This document shows positions 1 through 10,984 of a stretch of DNA of 64,000 nucleotides, in pieces. The position numbers were made by a program, and so were the translations under genes. Where the stretch lies: contig OX597818.1 in NCBI GenBank assembly GCA_951406725.2, positions 82,894,001-82,958,000 of the forward strand, read 5' to 3'. The notes under the pieces are model-generated. The model was not told where the DNA came from and made no database searches. It worked only from the letters and a program-made list of their open reading frames with translations. This DNA is from Octopus vulgaris. Its lineage: Eukaryota. Numbering within the stretch: position 1 is the first letter of the stretch; every line of letters starts with the position of its first letter.

Positions 1-97
1 CACACATTTTACAAACCGTCAAACTTTCCGAGATATGCACGATATACGAAGAACAAAATGTGAAGCAGCTGAAAAAAAAAGGTGATAGAATATCATT

Positions 98-455
98 TTC
101 TATTCTAGGCACGAGACCCGAAATTTCGGGGACGGGGCCAGTCGATTAGATCGATCTCAGTATACAAGTGGTACTTAATTTATTGACTCCGAAAGGATGA
201 AAGGTAAAGTCGACCTCGGCGGTATTTGAACTCAGAACGTAAAGACAGACGAAATATCGCTAAGCATTTCGTCCGGCGTGCTAGCGTTTCTGCCAGGTCT
301 CCGCATTAAAATGATAGAATATTTATTTCTTTATTGCCCACAGAGGGCTAAACATAGAGGGGACAAACAAGGACAGACAGAGGGATTAAGTCGATTATAT
401 CGACCCCAGTGCGTAACTGGTACATATTTAATCGACCCCGAAAGGATGAAAGTCA
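98..455 (-). mobile_element. Two adjacent copies of tRNA-headed SINE family A (second one truncated)
   Basis: Minus strand shows A-box-like TGGCAGAAACGCTAG, B-box-like GAGTTCAAATACC and body CTTTCATCCTTTCGG(G/A)GTC; the same sequence recurs at 33.2k, 49.1k and 59.4k. Confidence 0.85.
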
Positions 456-740
456 AATATCAGTACAGGACGTCACAGAATGTAAACAACATGAAATACG
501 AAAGACGAAAACATGGAATACGAACTCTTGTTTTGTATACAACGAAAGAAACAAATGGAAAAAAATAAGACAAGCAACATAAAGAACGACCCTTCATCAG
601 TTATTGGTTGTTTTTTTACTCCGCATTTCGAGCAATTCGACAAGATACGCCTTTGACAAAACACAAGGAAATTAAATAAAATTTGGGATTTTGCGGAGGG
701 TCAAAGTTGGTGACAAAAACAGGACAGTGAAAACAGACAA
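456..740 (-). mobile_element. T-rich repeat fragment, probable PLE terminal repeat carrying hammerhead core words
   Basis: Interrupts the SINE and abuts (TA)n; the minus strand has GCTCGAAA (~626-633) followed by CTGATGAAGGG (590-600). Confidence 0.4.
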
Positions 741-764
741 ATATATATATATATATATATATAC

Positions 765-975
765 CAACAGAAAAATGTATATTACCACAACAATTCTTTC
801 ATCTTCAAATGCATCGCTCCCTTGTGGGCCCGGATAAAATATAAGATTTCATGGTCAATTATAGAATATACAAAAGCCTACAACACATTCTAGGACCTGT
901 GGATTGTGTTCTGAAGAATCCCTGTCAATGTTGCTCATTACGGATTACACGCCATAAAAGCCACCTTCAAATATT
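765..975 (+). pseudogene. Penelope-like element GIY-YIG endonuclease C-terminal remnant
   Basis: Frameshifted translation YKISWSIIEYTKAYNT..RTCGLCSEESLSML..RHKSHL matches the PLE C-terminal W-S-I / CxLC / RHK pattern. Confidence 0.7.
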
Positions 976-1972
976 ACCACCCTATAAACACAGCACCGAA
1001 ATGCCATAATCCACATTGAACAGTGAACATCATGCTATCATTCCATACATTGCTATGTACCCATGGACAAGTGCGTGGGGGTTTGCCCATGTCCGGTTTA
1101 TTATTCTGTATCTACATGTGTGTCTGCGTAGTCATGTGAGTGTGTGTGTGCATGTCAGTGCAGAGTTGACGTGTTTCTATGTGCCGATGTGTGTATGTAA
1201 GTGCTGAGCGGAAATCTCTGGTGTATACTGATGCGTACCTGAGTATATCTGCGTACGAACGTGTGTGTGTGTATAATTATGTGAGTTTATAAGTGTATTT
1301 GCCTGCAGATATGTGAAACTATGAGTGTTAATGTACATTTGGATTTGTATGTTCTGTGGTGTGGGTGTTAGATGAGGTGTGTGGGTGGGTGTGAGTGGGG
1401 CAGATGTGTGAGTGCTATATGAGGATGTGAGTGTGCCTGTGTGAGTGTGTTTATTGTTGTATCTCTGTGAGTGCGTGCATCTGCTCTATAGAGGCAATAT
1501 TGATGTATTGGTGTGTGGGTGGGTGAATATTTGTGCCTCGAGGGATGCATTCATGTGTGTAGAAGTGTTTCTATAAGTATGTATAGCTGTGTGCGTGTGT
1601 GATTGACATACAGACATGTGATAGTGTGCGCTGGCATGTTACCCTGGGTATAATTATTAATCTGTGCGTCTATTCGTCTTTGCATTGATTTAAACGTATG
1701 AATGTGCGCGTCTGTTTATCTATGCGTCTATCTATTAAAATCTCTCAATACAGAGAAACTAAAATGTAAATCTCCCAGCTTAAAAAACTTATTATCCCAC
1801 CTGTGGAGTCTGGTGTTATTGCATCGTTCCACGCCCACGAAGGAGCAATAGATCTTGAAGATGAACTAATTATTGTGGCTATATAATTTTTTTGTTGGTA
1901 CAATCTGTCTTCCCTTTTTAGCTTTAATATGTAGCCAACGTCCATTCAGGAATTATTACAACATTGTTTGCT

Positions 1973-2066
1973 AAGTATCACTGATGATGTCTGGTAGCCA
2001 TAAGGGATGAACGTGCTCCGCGGATATACGACCTGGGACTTACCATAAAATAAGTTTTCGATACTT
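1973..2066 (+). ncRNA. Degenerate type I hammerhead ribozyme motif
   Basis: AAGTATC(A)-CTGATGA (1981-1987)...TAAAA-TAAGTTT-TC-GATACTT: 7 bp stem I closure, GAAA mutated; lies downstream of the PLE coding remnant and just before (TA)n. Confidence 0.45.
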
Positions 2067-2098
2067 TATTTAACACGTAATTTCTCAACCTTTTTTAA

Positions 2099-2136
<38 letters not shown>

Positions 2137-2183
2137 ACATATATAAATATATATATATATAAGAGAGAGAGAGACATAGATAG

Positions 2184-2553
2184 ATAAAATAGTGTACATT
2201 TAAACACAAAGAAAAATTACATATAACAGGCAATTTCTAGACGCTAGGAGAGAATCAAAACGACCGAAAAACCATAAGATTTAAGCAATTTCAAAGGGAA
2301 TGAAAAAATTAAAAAAATTACCTTAAAAACAAAAACAAAAGGTTAAGTTTTTATATTTTCATTCCTTTTAAAATTGCTTAAATTTTGTGGTTTTTCGGTC
2401 GTTTTGACTGTCTCCTAGCGAGTAGAAATTGCCTGTCATAGGTAATTTCTCTCTGTTTAAATGTACACTATTTTATATTGAATAATATGTCGTCTATTGA
2501 CTTTTTGTACATGCTAGTCCACTGTTAGTGAACTTTGTAAATATTTACTACCC
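2184..2553 (+). mobile_element. Fold-back element: ~140 bp inverted arms (2184-2476) plus unpaired tail
   Basis: ATAAAATAGTGTACATTTAAACA...TGTTTAAATGTACACTATTTTAT, with complementarity continuing to a short A-rich loop near 2330; flanked by TA/GA microsatellites. Confidence 0.85.
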
Positions 2554-3077
2554 TATATATATATATTTTTGTATGCATGTATATAGGTATGTATATACAC
2601 ATACATATATACATTGGTGTGTGTGTATTTCTATGTATGTGTGTATGTATGTATGTATGTATACACACATATATGACTGCATTGTGTTATGAGATCGTCG
2701 GGTTGGAAAAAATTCGGTAGGTTCAGTTTTAACTCTCTTCGGTATTTCCCACTGATAACGGCTAAAAAATCTAGCAATTTAGCGTTTGGGAATCCGAAAC
2801 GGAACAACAGTGGAAAAATATGGTGTTTTTACGTCTTTTACCATACAAGAGAATTATTTCTCCACGGGAACTATAGAGAATTTGCATTTAGAAGTTGGAG
2901 TATGTGACAAACATATTTTAACCAACCTAAATTTCGTTTCTGCCGAAAGACTGGCGTTCATACCGCCGAGTACATTCATACATCCATACACACATACATT
3001 CGTATATAGGTATTGAACCAGTATTTCCCTGGATGCAACCATCCCTTCACGTGATTGACATCCTCTAATTAAGTTTA

Positions 3078-3451
3078 TAGGAGTGGCTGTGTGGTAAAAA
3101 GATTCGTTCCCAACCACATGGTTCCGGGTTCAGCCCCACTGCGTGGCATCTTGGGTAAGTATCTTCTATTGTAGCCGCGGGCTGACCAGAGCTTTGAGAG
3201 TGGATCTGGTAGGTGGAAACTGAAAGAAGTCCGTTGTGTATATATATGTATATGTTTGAGTATCTGTATGTCCCCACCACCATCGCTTGGCAACTGATTT
3301 TGGTGTGTGTACGTCCCCGTAACTTAGCAGTTAGGTAAAGAGGAAGATACAATATGTACTAGGATTACAAAGAATAAATCCTGGCGTCGATTTGTTCGAC
3401 TAAATACAGTGCTATAGTATTGCAGCAGCCAAATGACTAAAACATGTAAAA

Positions 3452-3455
<4 letters not shown>
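3078..3455 (+). mobile_element. tRNA-headed SINE family B (CORE-like domain)
   Basis: GGAGTGGCTGTGTGGTAA...GGGTTCAGCCCC...GGCATCTTGGGTAAGT; multiple copies in the window. Confidence 0.85.
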
Positions 3456-3495
<40 letters not shown>

Positions 3496-3541
3496 TTTTA
3501 CTTTATATATATATATATAAATATATATATATATAATAATA

Positions 3542-3900
3542 AATAAGAATAATGACCACTAAGGTGGAATCCTATACGCTAGAAATAGATATAAAATCGT
3601 CTTACCACAAAGAGTGTGTTCTTAACAAAAACCAGCAAACGCAAAAATGTAATAAATAAGCAAAGCAATTTTTTTTACATTCTGGCGTTTTGTTTTTTTT
3701 CTTTTTCTTGAGAACAAACTCTTTGTGATAAGGCAATTTGACGTCTATTTCTAGCGTATAGGATTCCACTTTAGTGGTCATTCCTCTTATTAATTGTAAT
3801 ATAATTTTTAAATTTTCGGATTTTTTTGAATATGGTAGACCACTAGTTTAAATAGATATTAAGTGATTAATATCAATTTCTATTATCTGTATTTTAATTA
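3542..3900 (+). mobile_element. Fold-back element: ~115 bp inverted arms (3542-3791) plus tail
   Basis: AATGACCACTAAGGTGGAATCCTATACGCTAGAAATAGA pairs with TCTATTTCTAGCGTATAGGATTCCACTTTAGTGGTCATT; the tail is homologous to 58506-58580 (reverse); both ends lie in (TA)n. Confidence 0.85.
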
Positions 3901-3912
3901 TATATGTATATA

Positions 3913-3954
<42 letters not shown>

Positions 3955-3959
3955 CATGG

Positions 3960-4125
3960 TAGATCTCTTTCACTTATTGTGTGCCAAATTCACTCACATA
4001 GATTTGGTCCGCTCAGGCCTTTAGTAGATGACCCATGCACAATGTGACACGTGGTGGAACTGAACCTGAAACTATGAGGTTGAGAGACAAATTTCTTATC
4101 ACATAGCCATGCCAGCGCCTCGCCA
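3960..4125 (-). mobile_element. Degenerate SINE family B 5' part
   Basis: Similar to the reverse complement of the 4982-5140 head. Confidence 0.6.
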
Positions 4126-4215
4126 CAACAATGAACATTGGGGTTACTAGCACTGCGACGATGGCCAATGTAAAATATACAGTTTTTTTATCTCTGTGGC
4201 ATCCAATATAATATA

Positions 4216-4451
4216 CAATGTGGCCCACAAGTAGGGTTACAGTTATTCAACTACCTCTTTCGTATTCGTATATTAACAGTTTAGATATTGATTATAAAAA
4301 AAATACGAAACAATTATTCTATGCTAATTTAGTTAATTTTGTCAAGCTCTCTTTTCAATTTGTAAGATATAAATTTAAATGTAATAAAATGTTTTAAAAT
4401 ATATTCAAAGTGCTTATGTGATAACTGTAAACCTACTTTCGGGCCACCCTG
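4216..4451. mobile_element. Tc1/mariner-type MITE
   Basis: TIRs CAATGTGGCCCACAAGTAGGGTTACAGTTA / TAACTGTAAACCTACTTTCGGGCCACCCTG with TA on both sides. Confidence 0.85.
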
Positions 4452-4981
4452 TATGTGTGTACTAGAAAATATGCTACTATTCTCCCTGTATTAATCATTC
4501 GACAGCAGTGTAAAACTAATGATGATAAAGTAGGTGGTATATTCTTAGGAAAGATATTCTAAATTTTATAGTTACGTAGTTATAAAGTCTACTTTAATTA
4601 CATAAAACAGCTGTTCGGAAGAGACAAATACAATTACCTAATAGATTAATTAATTCTGGTAGTACTAATTTAGATGGTGGTACTGATTTAGACAGGAACA
4701 ACTTGATATGAAATAATTTGGTTAAAGACGGAATTGTTCGGCCCACATAAAAGTGTGCGTATTACTCATCTCTGCTCGTAGTTTTATCGCGTAATATGCG
4801 TGCTGCTAACTTTCGTATTTTTGTCCACAACCCCTCAATTTGTAAAGAAGTAGGACTATAGTATGAAATTAACTGATTAAATGCTACGATGAATTTGCAT
4901 TAGGATAACATAGCTACCAAGACGTTTTCAACATAAATTGTCATTTTGCATTTTCATCATTTCTATATTGTCTCACTATAT

Positions 4982-5160
4982 AGGCGTAGGAGAGGCTGTG
5001 TGGTCAGTAGCTTGCTTACAGCCTCCTACTTCCGGCTTCAGTCCCACTGCGTGGCACCTTAGGCAAGTGTCTTCTACTATAGCATTGGGCCGAGCAAAGC
5101 CTTGTGAGTGGATTTGGTAGACGGAAACTGAAAGAGGCCTGTCGTATATATGTATATATA

Positions 5161-5199
<39 letters not shown>

Positions 5200-5440
5200 A
5201 TATATATATATGTATGTATGTGTATGTGTATGTGTGTGTGTGTGTTTGTGTTTGTCCCACCAACATCACTTGACAACAGAGGCTGGTGTGTTCTCGTCCC
5301 CGTAATTTAGCGGTTCGGCAAAAGAGACCGATAGAATAAATACTAGGCTTACAAAGAATAAGTGCTGGGGTCCATCTGCTCGACTAAAGGCGGTGCTCCT
5401 GCATGGCCGCAGCCAAATGACTGATACACGTAAGAGTAAA
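4982..5440 (+). mobile_element. SINE family B, full length, with internal (TA)n/(TG)n
   Basis: Head, CORE-like GGCACCTTAGGCAAGTGTCTT, internal microsatellite and 3' AAGAGTAAAA tail. Confidence 0.9.
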
Positions 5441-5623
5441 ATTAAAAGTATATTTTTACCTGTCCTCTTTCCACACGTTTCTCTACACATAAATTTGCGT
5501 GTATATGTCGATCCATGTTGTATCGATACATGTGTAGTGTTTATTAAATAGCTGTCTAAATGTACTCCTTCCTGTTACTTCTATTCAATATATATATATA
5601 TGTGTCTGTCTATCTATCTATCT

Positions 5624-5627
<4 letters not shown>

Positions 5628-5710
<83 letters not shown>

Positions 5711-5778
5711 TATACATACATACATACATACATACATACATACATACATACATACATACATACATACATACATACATA
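5628..5778. repeat. (TA)n followed by (TACA)n microsatellite
   Basis: Read directly from the sequence. Confidence 0.95.
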
Positions 5779-6479
5779 ATGTTAATAAGAACCACAAGTC
5801 GTTTTTAAACAATGCAACCCAGAGTTTCCTGGTCGAAATATTAATTTCTTTTGCCATTGTTCAAGCTGCGAAGACCGTTCGTCACTTGCTTTTTAAGCAA
5901 GCAAACGACGTTTAAACAAAGGATGCTGATAAGGAAGAAAGCAAAGAGTATAATCAACGCCGCAGTAAACAAAAGTAAAAAGACATGCTCTCTTTAAAAC
6001 TTATATCTCTTCAAGAACTTAAAATGCCTCCAACGACTACGTAAGTTCCAGGAACGAATTTTTTTCTCTATGTCCACATATGAAGAAAATAAAAAAAACA
6101 CAACAAAAACATCATGGCGAAATTTAAAAATTCCTCATCAAACACGTAGTCAAATATTAATAACTTGTTTACCATTTTCGATATTTGCTCATTGCAATGT
6201 TGGTTATCTCCTTTGTGATTTTCCTCTTGTCTTCTTCTTTATCAACGTCCCTTGTTTAAGTGGCATCCACTTATAAAAACAACTGACAATGAGTATTATA
6301 TTCAGCTTGAAAAATGGCGAAATAAATTTACGTTTCGAATAGTAAAACTTGGGTAGCTGTATTTAACAAGGCTTGTGGCTTTATTATAACATAAACGTTA
6401 CAATCTTAGCTGATCGAGTTCTATTCTAATTGTTGAAGCCTTTCCAAATAGTTATAAATGAGTGTGTGTATGTGTGTGC

Positions 6480-6572
<93 letters not shown>

Positions 6573-6790
6573 CTTTATTCAAAAGCAGCAGAATATTCAA
6601 AAAACCTGTTACTCTGAGTTTCACGTTCCCGTTCGCCGGACAAAAACTGTTCGACGAACGGGAACGTGAACTCAGAGTAACAGGTTTAGTTGAATTTTCT
6701 GCTGCTTTTGAATAAAGCATATTAATCTACCACTGGTATGTGAGCACTCTTTTTTCCACCCTGTTTCACATTTATGTGTTTAATCCGGTA
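6573..6790 (+). mobile_element. Fold-back element (arms 6573-6717) made of two inverted hammerhead-like motifs plus tail
   Basis: Near-perfect ~70 bp arms with a 5 nt loop; each arm reads TGT-YCGRCGA-ACG-GGAA-CGT-GAA(A)-CTCAGAG-TA-ACA; embedded in (TA)n. Confidence 0.85.
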
Positions 6791-6792
6791 TA

Positions 6793-6887
<95 letters not shown>

Positions 6888-6907
6888 TATATAAATATAT
6901 ATATATG

Positions 6908-6946
<39 letters not shown>

Positions 6947-7175
6947 ATCTGTCTGTCTGTATGTATGTGCATATCTATCTATCTATCTATCTATATACCG
7001 TATTTAATCATATTAAAGGGAAGTGGAATTTAATTAAAATTAAAAACATTTAATCAAAATATATATTTCCAGTGGTCTAACGTGTAAAAAAATTGAGTCA
7101 GAAACACTATATATTAGTCATACGATATAGAGTATATTTAAACACATTGTTTGTCTCGTGTGGATATGTTTAACC

Positions 7176-7266
7176 CTAGGTTGGACCTGCTGAGGAAAAT
7201 CAGACCTTGCAAGTTACCCTTGACTCGCTAAAAGACGATTAGAAACCAATTGGTCCAGGAAACTAG
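7176..7266 (+). ncRNA. Type I hammerhead ribozyme motif within a PLE-like terminal module (6998-7410)
   Basis: CCTG-CTGAGGA-(A)AATC...GATT(A)-GAAAC-CAATTG-GTC-CAGG; palindromic stem III, GUC triplet, outer CTAG/CTAG pairing; first stem II pair is mismatched. Confidence 0.7.
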
Positions 7267-7404
7267 ATGGTAAATGTTTTTCATTTCCAAATTTATTCCT
7301 GTCAAATTTTATCCCCAATTTTCGTGGTTATAGAACCTAGCTGTTCTTTCTAGCATGTAGAATCCCTAAAAGTAGATTCTTTATGTGCTTAAATTTACAC
7401 TGTC

Positions 7405-7442
<38 letters not shown>

Positions 7443-8359
7443 TGGGAGAATTACTTCACAAATACAGAGGTCAGTAAAGTGGAGTGCCGCACGCACAAGT
7501 GAGGATGTAAAAATGACTAAGAATATTATGGTGAATTTCGTTTGTTTATTATAAATTAATAAAACGTTTAGCTAGAGAAGAGGACACTATACACACATTG
7601 ACATGAGTATATTTAAGTTATAATATGTTGAAATCATAAAAAATGATCCATCGTCGATGTAAGCACTACAATATTCAAAAGCAGCAACTCCTGGGTATTA
7701 CCATCTCAAATACTAGGATTTATAGAAACACATACCCGTAGTCCTTCGGGGTATAAGTGACTGGGATAGTAACAACCTGCATAAAATCAACGCAAGTCCG
7801 TCGCAGTGTTTGTAGCAAGTCATATTAGCACTCCTTTGCGATGGTAGCTTAATTTAGTCGTTTTGCTAAAACAAACCAATTACTGCTGGCCGCGGAAGGA
7901 TACACGCGGCCCTGGCAGTAAAGCGCGAGTTTATAAACGAAAGACCAGTAGTCGAGTAGACTGGATGGTAAGCAGTTTAGATCAGAAATTAGCACTTATC
8001 GACGGAAGGACTTCTAACTTAATGCACTGAATTTTTTTCCCAACTCATGGGAATATAATAAAAATGAACATTTATTTAATGCTCCCGAATGACGGGAAGG
8101 CTCATATCTACGATACGCAGATTGAGCAATTACTAATGAATGAACACTTGGTTCCTTCCTGATTATCGGGAAGAATTATCAGCAAATCTCCGGTAATATC
8201 TTGATTGCACCATAATAAATTCTCAGGTTTGTTAGCCAAACGGGAACATTGTCTCCTGGTATTCTATTGTACATTTTATCCAAGCATATATTAAAATGTA
8301 ACTAGCCTTCTGACAAGTACTCATTGAAATAGGTACCGCGCATTAAACATCTCCTTTGC

Positions 8360-8490
8360 CACATGTTATTTACTTACAGCTCATTCGACTGAGATGTTTT
8401 GCTCAAGATCACATCACATTGCCCTGCCTCTCAATCGAACCCATAATCCTGCGATCGTGAGTGCAACACTTTAACGACTTGCCTACGTTC
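8360..8490 (-). mobile_element. Degenerate SINE family C head
   Basis: TTTTGCTCAAGATCACA...ATCGAACCC...GCGATCGTGAGTGCAACAC resembles 57080-57200. Confidence 0.55.
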
Positions 8491-9074
8491 TTTCGTTAAA
8501 AATAATTAATAAACATTAAATCATACCAAAGGTTGTGGGTTGACGTAAATAGTATGTAGAGAAAATCTTAATGATACTAAGTTATTGACATGGATGTAAA
8601 ATAATGATGCTTATAATTATTCCTGAAGATTTTGAATTCATCAATTAATCGAGAGATGTTGGCGTTGCATTGATACACATTTCTAATTTCGTTATAATGT
8701 GGAATGAATTAATGCAATGAGACAGTTCTTTGTAGCATGTCTGAGACAAACGTTAATTATTTAAATCGTCAGTCGATGTCAGTGATCTCTCTTAAATGTA
8801 TGTTCATACGTACATAATACATACGTACCTATGTATGCGTGTGCCGGTATACATGATATACATACATGCATACACACATACACGGTGTGTTCGAGAATGC
8901 AAAGCCAGCATAATATTGATATCCATAGCGTTGGACTGAGGTAAATAAGATGAAACACCAGTTGCTTCATACAAGGTCGGTGCCTCTGATGTAGAAAGTC
9001 GGCGTGAAACATGATTTTTGTAGAACGAGTAGATAGGCAGATGAACACAAGTAGGATTGAAGTATATATTCTCA

Positions 9075-9200
9075 TTGAATAGAAAATAGAGAGTACAGAA
9101 TAAAGAACAGGAAATAAAGAAAAGTAGTTACGTAATAATCTTACCGTGACAGCTGTTTCGGGCTAACCATGACTTATATCGTTAATACACTCATAAAGTT
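9075..9200 (-). mobile_element. PLE-like terminal fragment with the 3' half of a hammerhead
   Basis: Minus strand CCCGAAAC-AGCT-GTC (9148-9162); tail similar to 5560-5590. Confidence 0.5.
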
Positions 9201-9469
9201 GAATATGAAAATATATGCACACATACACACACACACGCACACGCATGCACACACATATACACAGCATTCGCATTTATGTTTGTGAGTATGTGTATGTGTA
9301 TACATACCAGTAGTGAGTAACACTTATATGCAAAGAAATTACTGCACTTATCTCACTACGAATGTATATATGTACATATACATACATAAGTACATAGACA
9401 CATACACAAAACTGGTGGTGCCCCAACATGACCACAGTGAAATGACTGAAACAAGTGCATTATAAATAA

Positions 9470-10045
9470 ATGTATTCTTTTATTCCTTCAATTGTTTCAG
9501 TCATTTGTCCACGGCCATGCTGGGGCACCGTCTTTAGTCGAATAAATCAACACCAGGATTTATTCTTCGTAAGGCCAGTACTTATTCTATCGGTTCTCTT
9601 TTACCAAACCGCTATGTTACGGGTACGTAAGCATACCGATATCGGTTGTCAAGCGATGCTGGAGGTGGGGGCAAACAGATACACAAACATATGTATTCAT
9701 ACGACGGACTTATTTTAGTTTCCGTCTACCAGATCCACTCACAAGGCTTTGGTCGGCCCGAGGCTCTAGTAGAAGGCACGCAGTGGTACTGAACCCGGAA
9801 CTACATGGTAGAAAGGCTAACTTCTTACCACAAAATCACTCCTGCGCCTATGACAAACAACGAAAATGGGAGAAAAAATACAAAGGAGCGCGGGTGTGTT
9901 GTAAGTAGCTTACTTGTCAAACGCACAGTTCCGGGTTCAGTGCCACTGTATGGCACCTTCGGAGAGTGTCTTCTACTTTAGCCTCGGACCGACTAAAGCC
10001 TTGTGAGTGGATTTGGTAGACGGAAACTGAAGGAATTCCGTCGTG
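9470..10045. mobile_element. Two SINE family B copies head-to-head (9470-9850 minus, 9885-10045 plus)
   Basis: Both match the family B copies elsewhere in the window. Confidence 0.85.
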
Positions 10046-10084
10046 TATATACATATATCTATATATATGTAAAATATATATGTT

Positions 10085-10334
10085 AGCGAGTTTTATTTTT
10101 TTTAGACTTTTCACTACCAGTAGCCTAGCATGTATAAGAAGTCAATAGACAACATATTCTCCATATAAAATTAGTGCATATTTAATTACTCTACATTATA
10201 TTTTTTATTCCCTTCGAAATTGGTCTGAAATGTAGTTTTGTTCGTTTTGACTGCTTCTTCTAACGTGTAAAGCTGTCTGTTAAAGGTCGCCTCTCTTGTG
10301 CTTTAATGTTTAAATGTACACTAATTTTATATAT
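10085..10334. mobile_element. Relative of the 2184-2553 fold-back element (inverted tail plus one arm)
   Basis: 10110-10185 resembles the reverse complement of 2455-2535; 10200-10332 resembles 2350-2476; internal IR ATATAAAATTAGTG...CACTAATTTTATAT. Confidence 0.75.
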
Positions 10335-10404
10335 ATAAACATACCAACAGCGGTTGTCAAGCGATGGTGGTGGGGGACAAACAAACACCCAAACATATAT
10401 ATAG

Positions 10405-10920
10405 GTATGTTAGAATATGTTGTCTATAGTGGTAATAACGACAGCATTTCTAATAACAGTGGTAGTATTGATGATAACAACCCCAGCATTCCTATAGTCA
10501 GGGAAATTACCGACGATAGTACAATTGATAGTAATGATAATAATATGAATAGTATTGTGGTCAATGCTAGCAATAATATTAACACCAATCATAACAATAA
10601 AAGATCCGTCTTAGTCTCGGAGGTAAACCCTAACAGATTAAAGTTCTTATCCAGCAATTCCAAAATTAGAAATTCCATTTACCAGTGCAAAATTTCTTCC
10701 GGTACCGATGACTTCTTCTACATTGGGGCAACTACTTCTAAATTAGCCCACATGATCTCCAACCATTATTGAACTTTCCGAGATAAGAGAAAACAACACA
10801 GCACAGGACTAAGTAAAATAGTTTGGCGTCATAAGGACAGTAATACAACTTTCAAGCTGGTATGGTCCATATTGTCTGTATCCGTTTGATAAGGGCAGAA
10901 AATTCTGTGGCAAGTACCTA
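10405..10920 (+). pseudogene. Penelope-like GIY-YIG endonuclease remnant preceded by an Asn-rich segment
   Basis: NSIYQCKISSGTDDFFYIGATTSKLAHMISNHY*TFRDKRKQHSTGLSKIVWRHKDSNTTFKLVWSIL shows the (G)IY..YIG, H..S/TF, STxLS and W-S-I motifs. Confidence 0.85.
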
Positions 10921-10933
10921 ATTCAACTAAATC

Positions 10934-10984
<51 letters not shown>

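Noticed and set aside
8090-8280. Short open frames in unique sequence as exons
   Set aside because: No recognisable protein motif or convincing splice pair.
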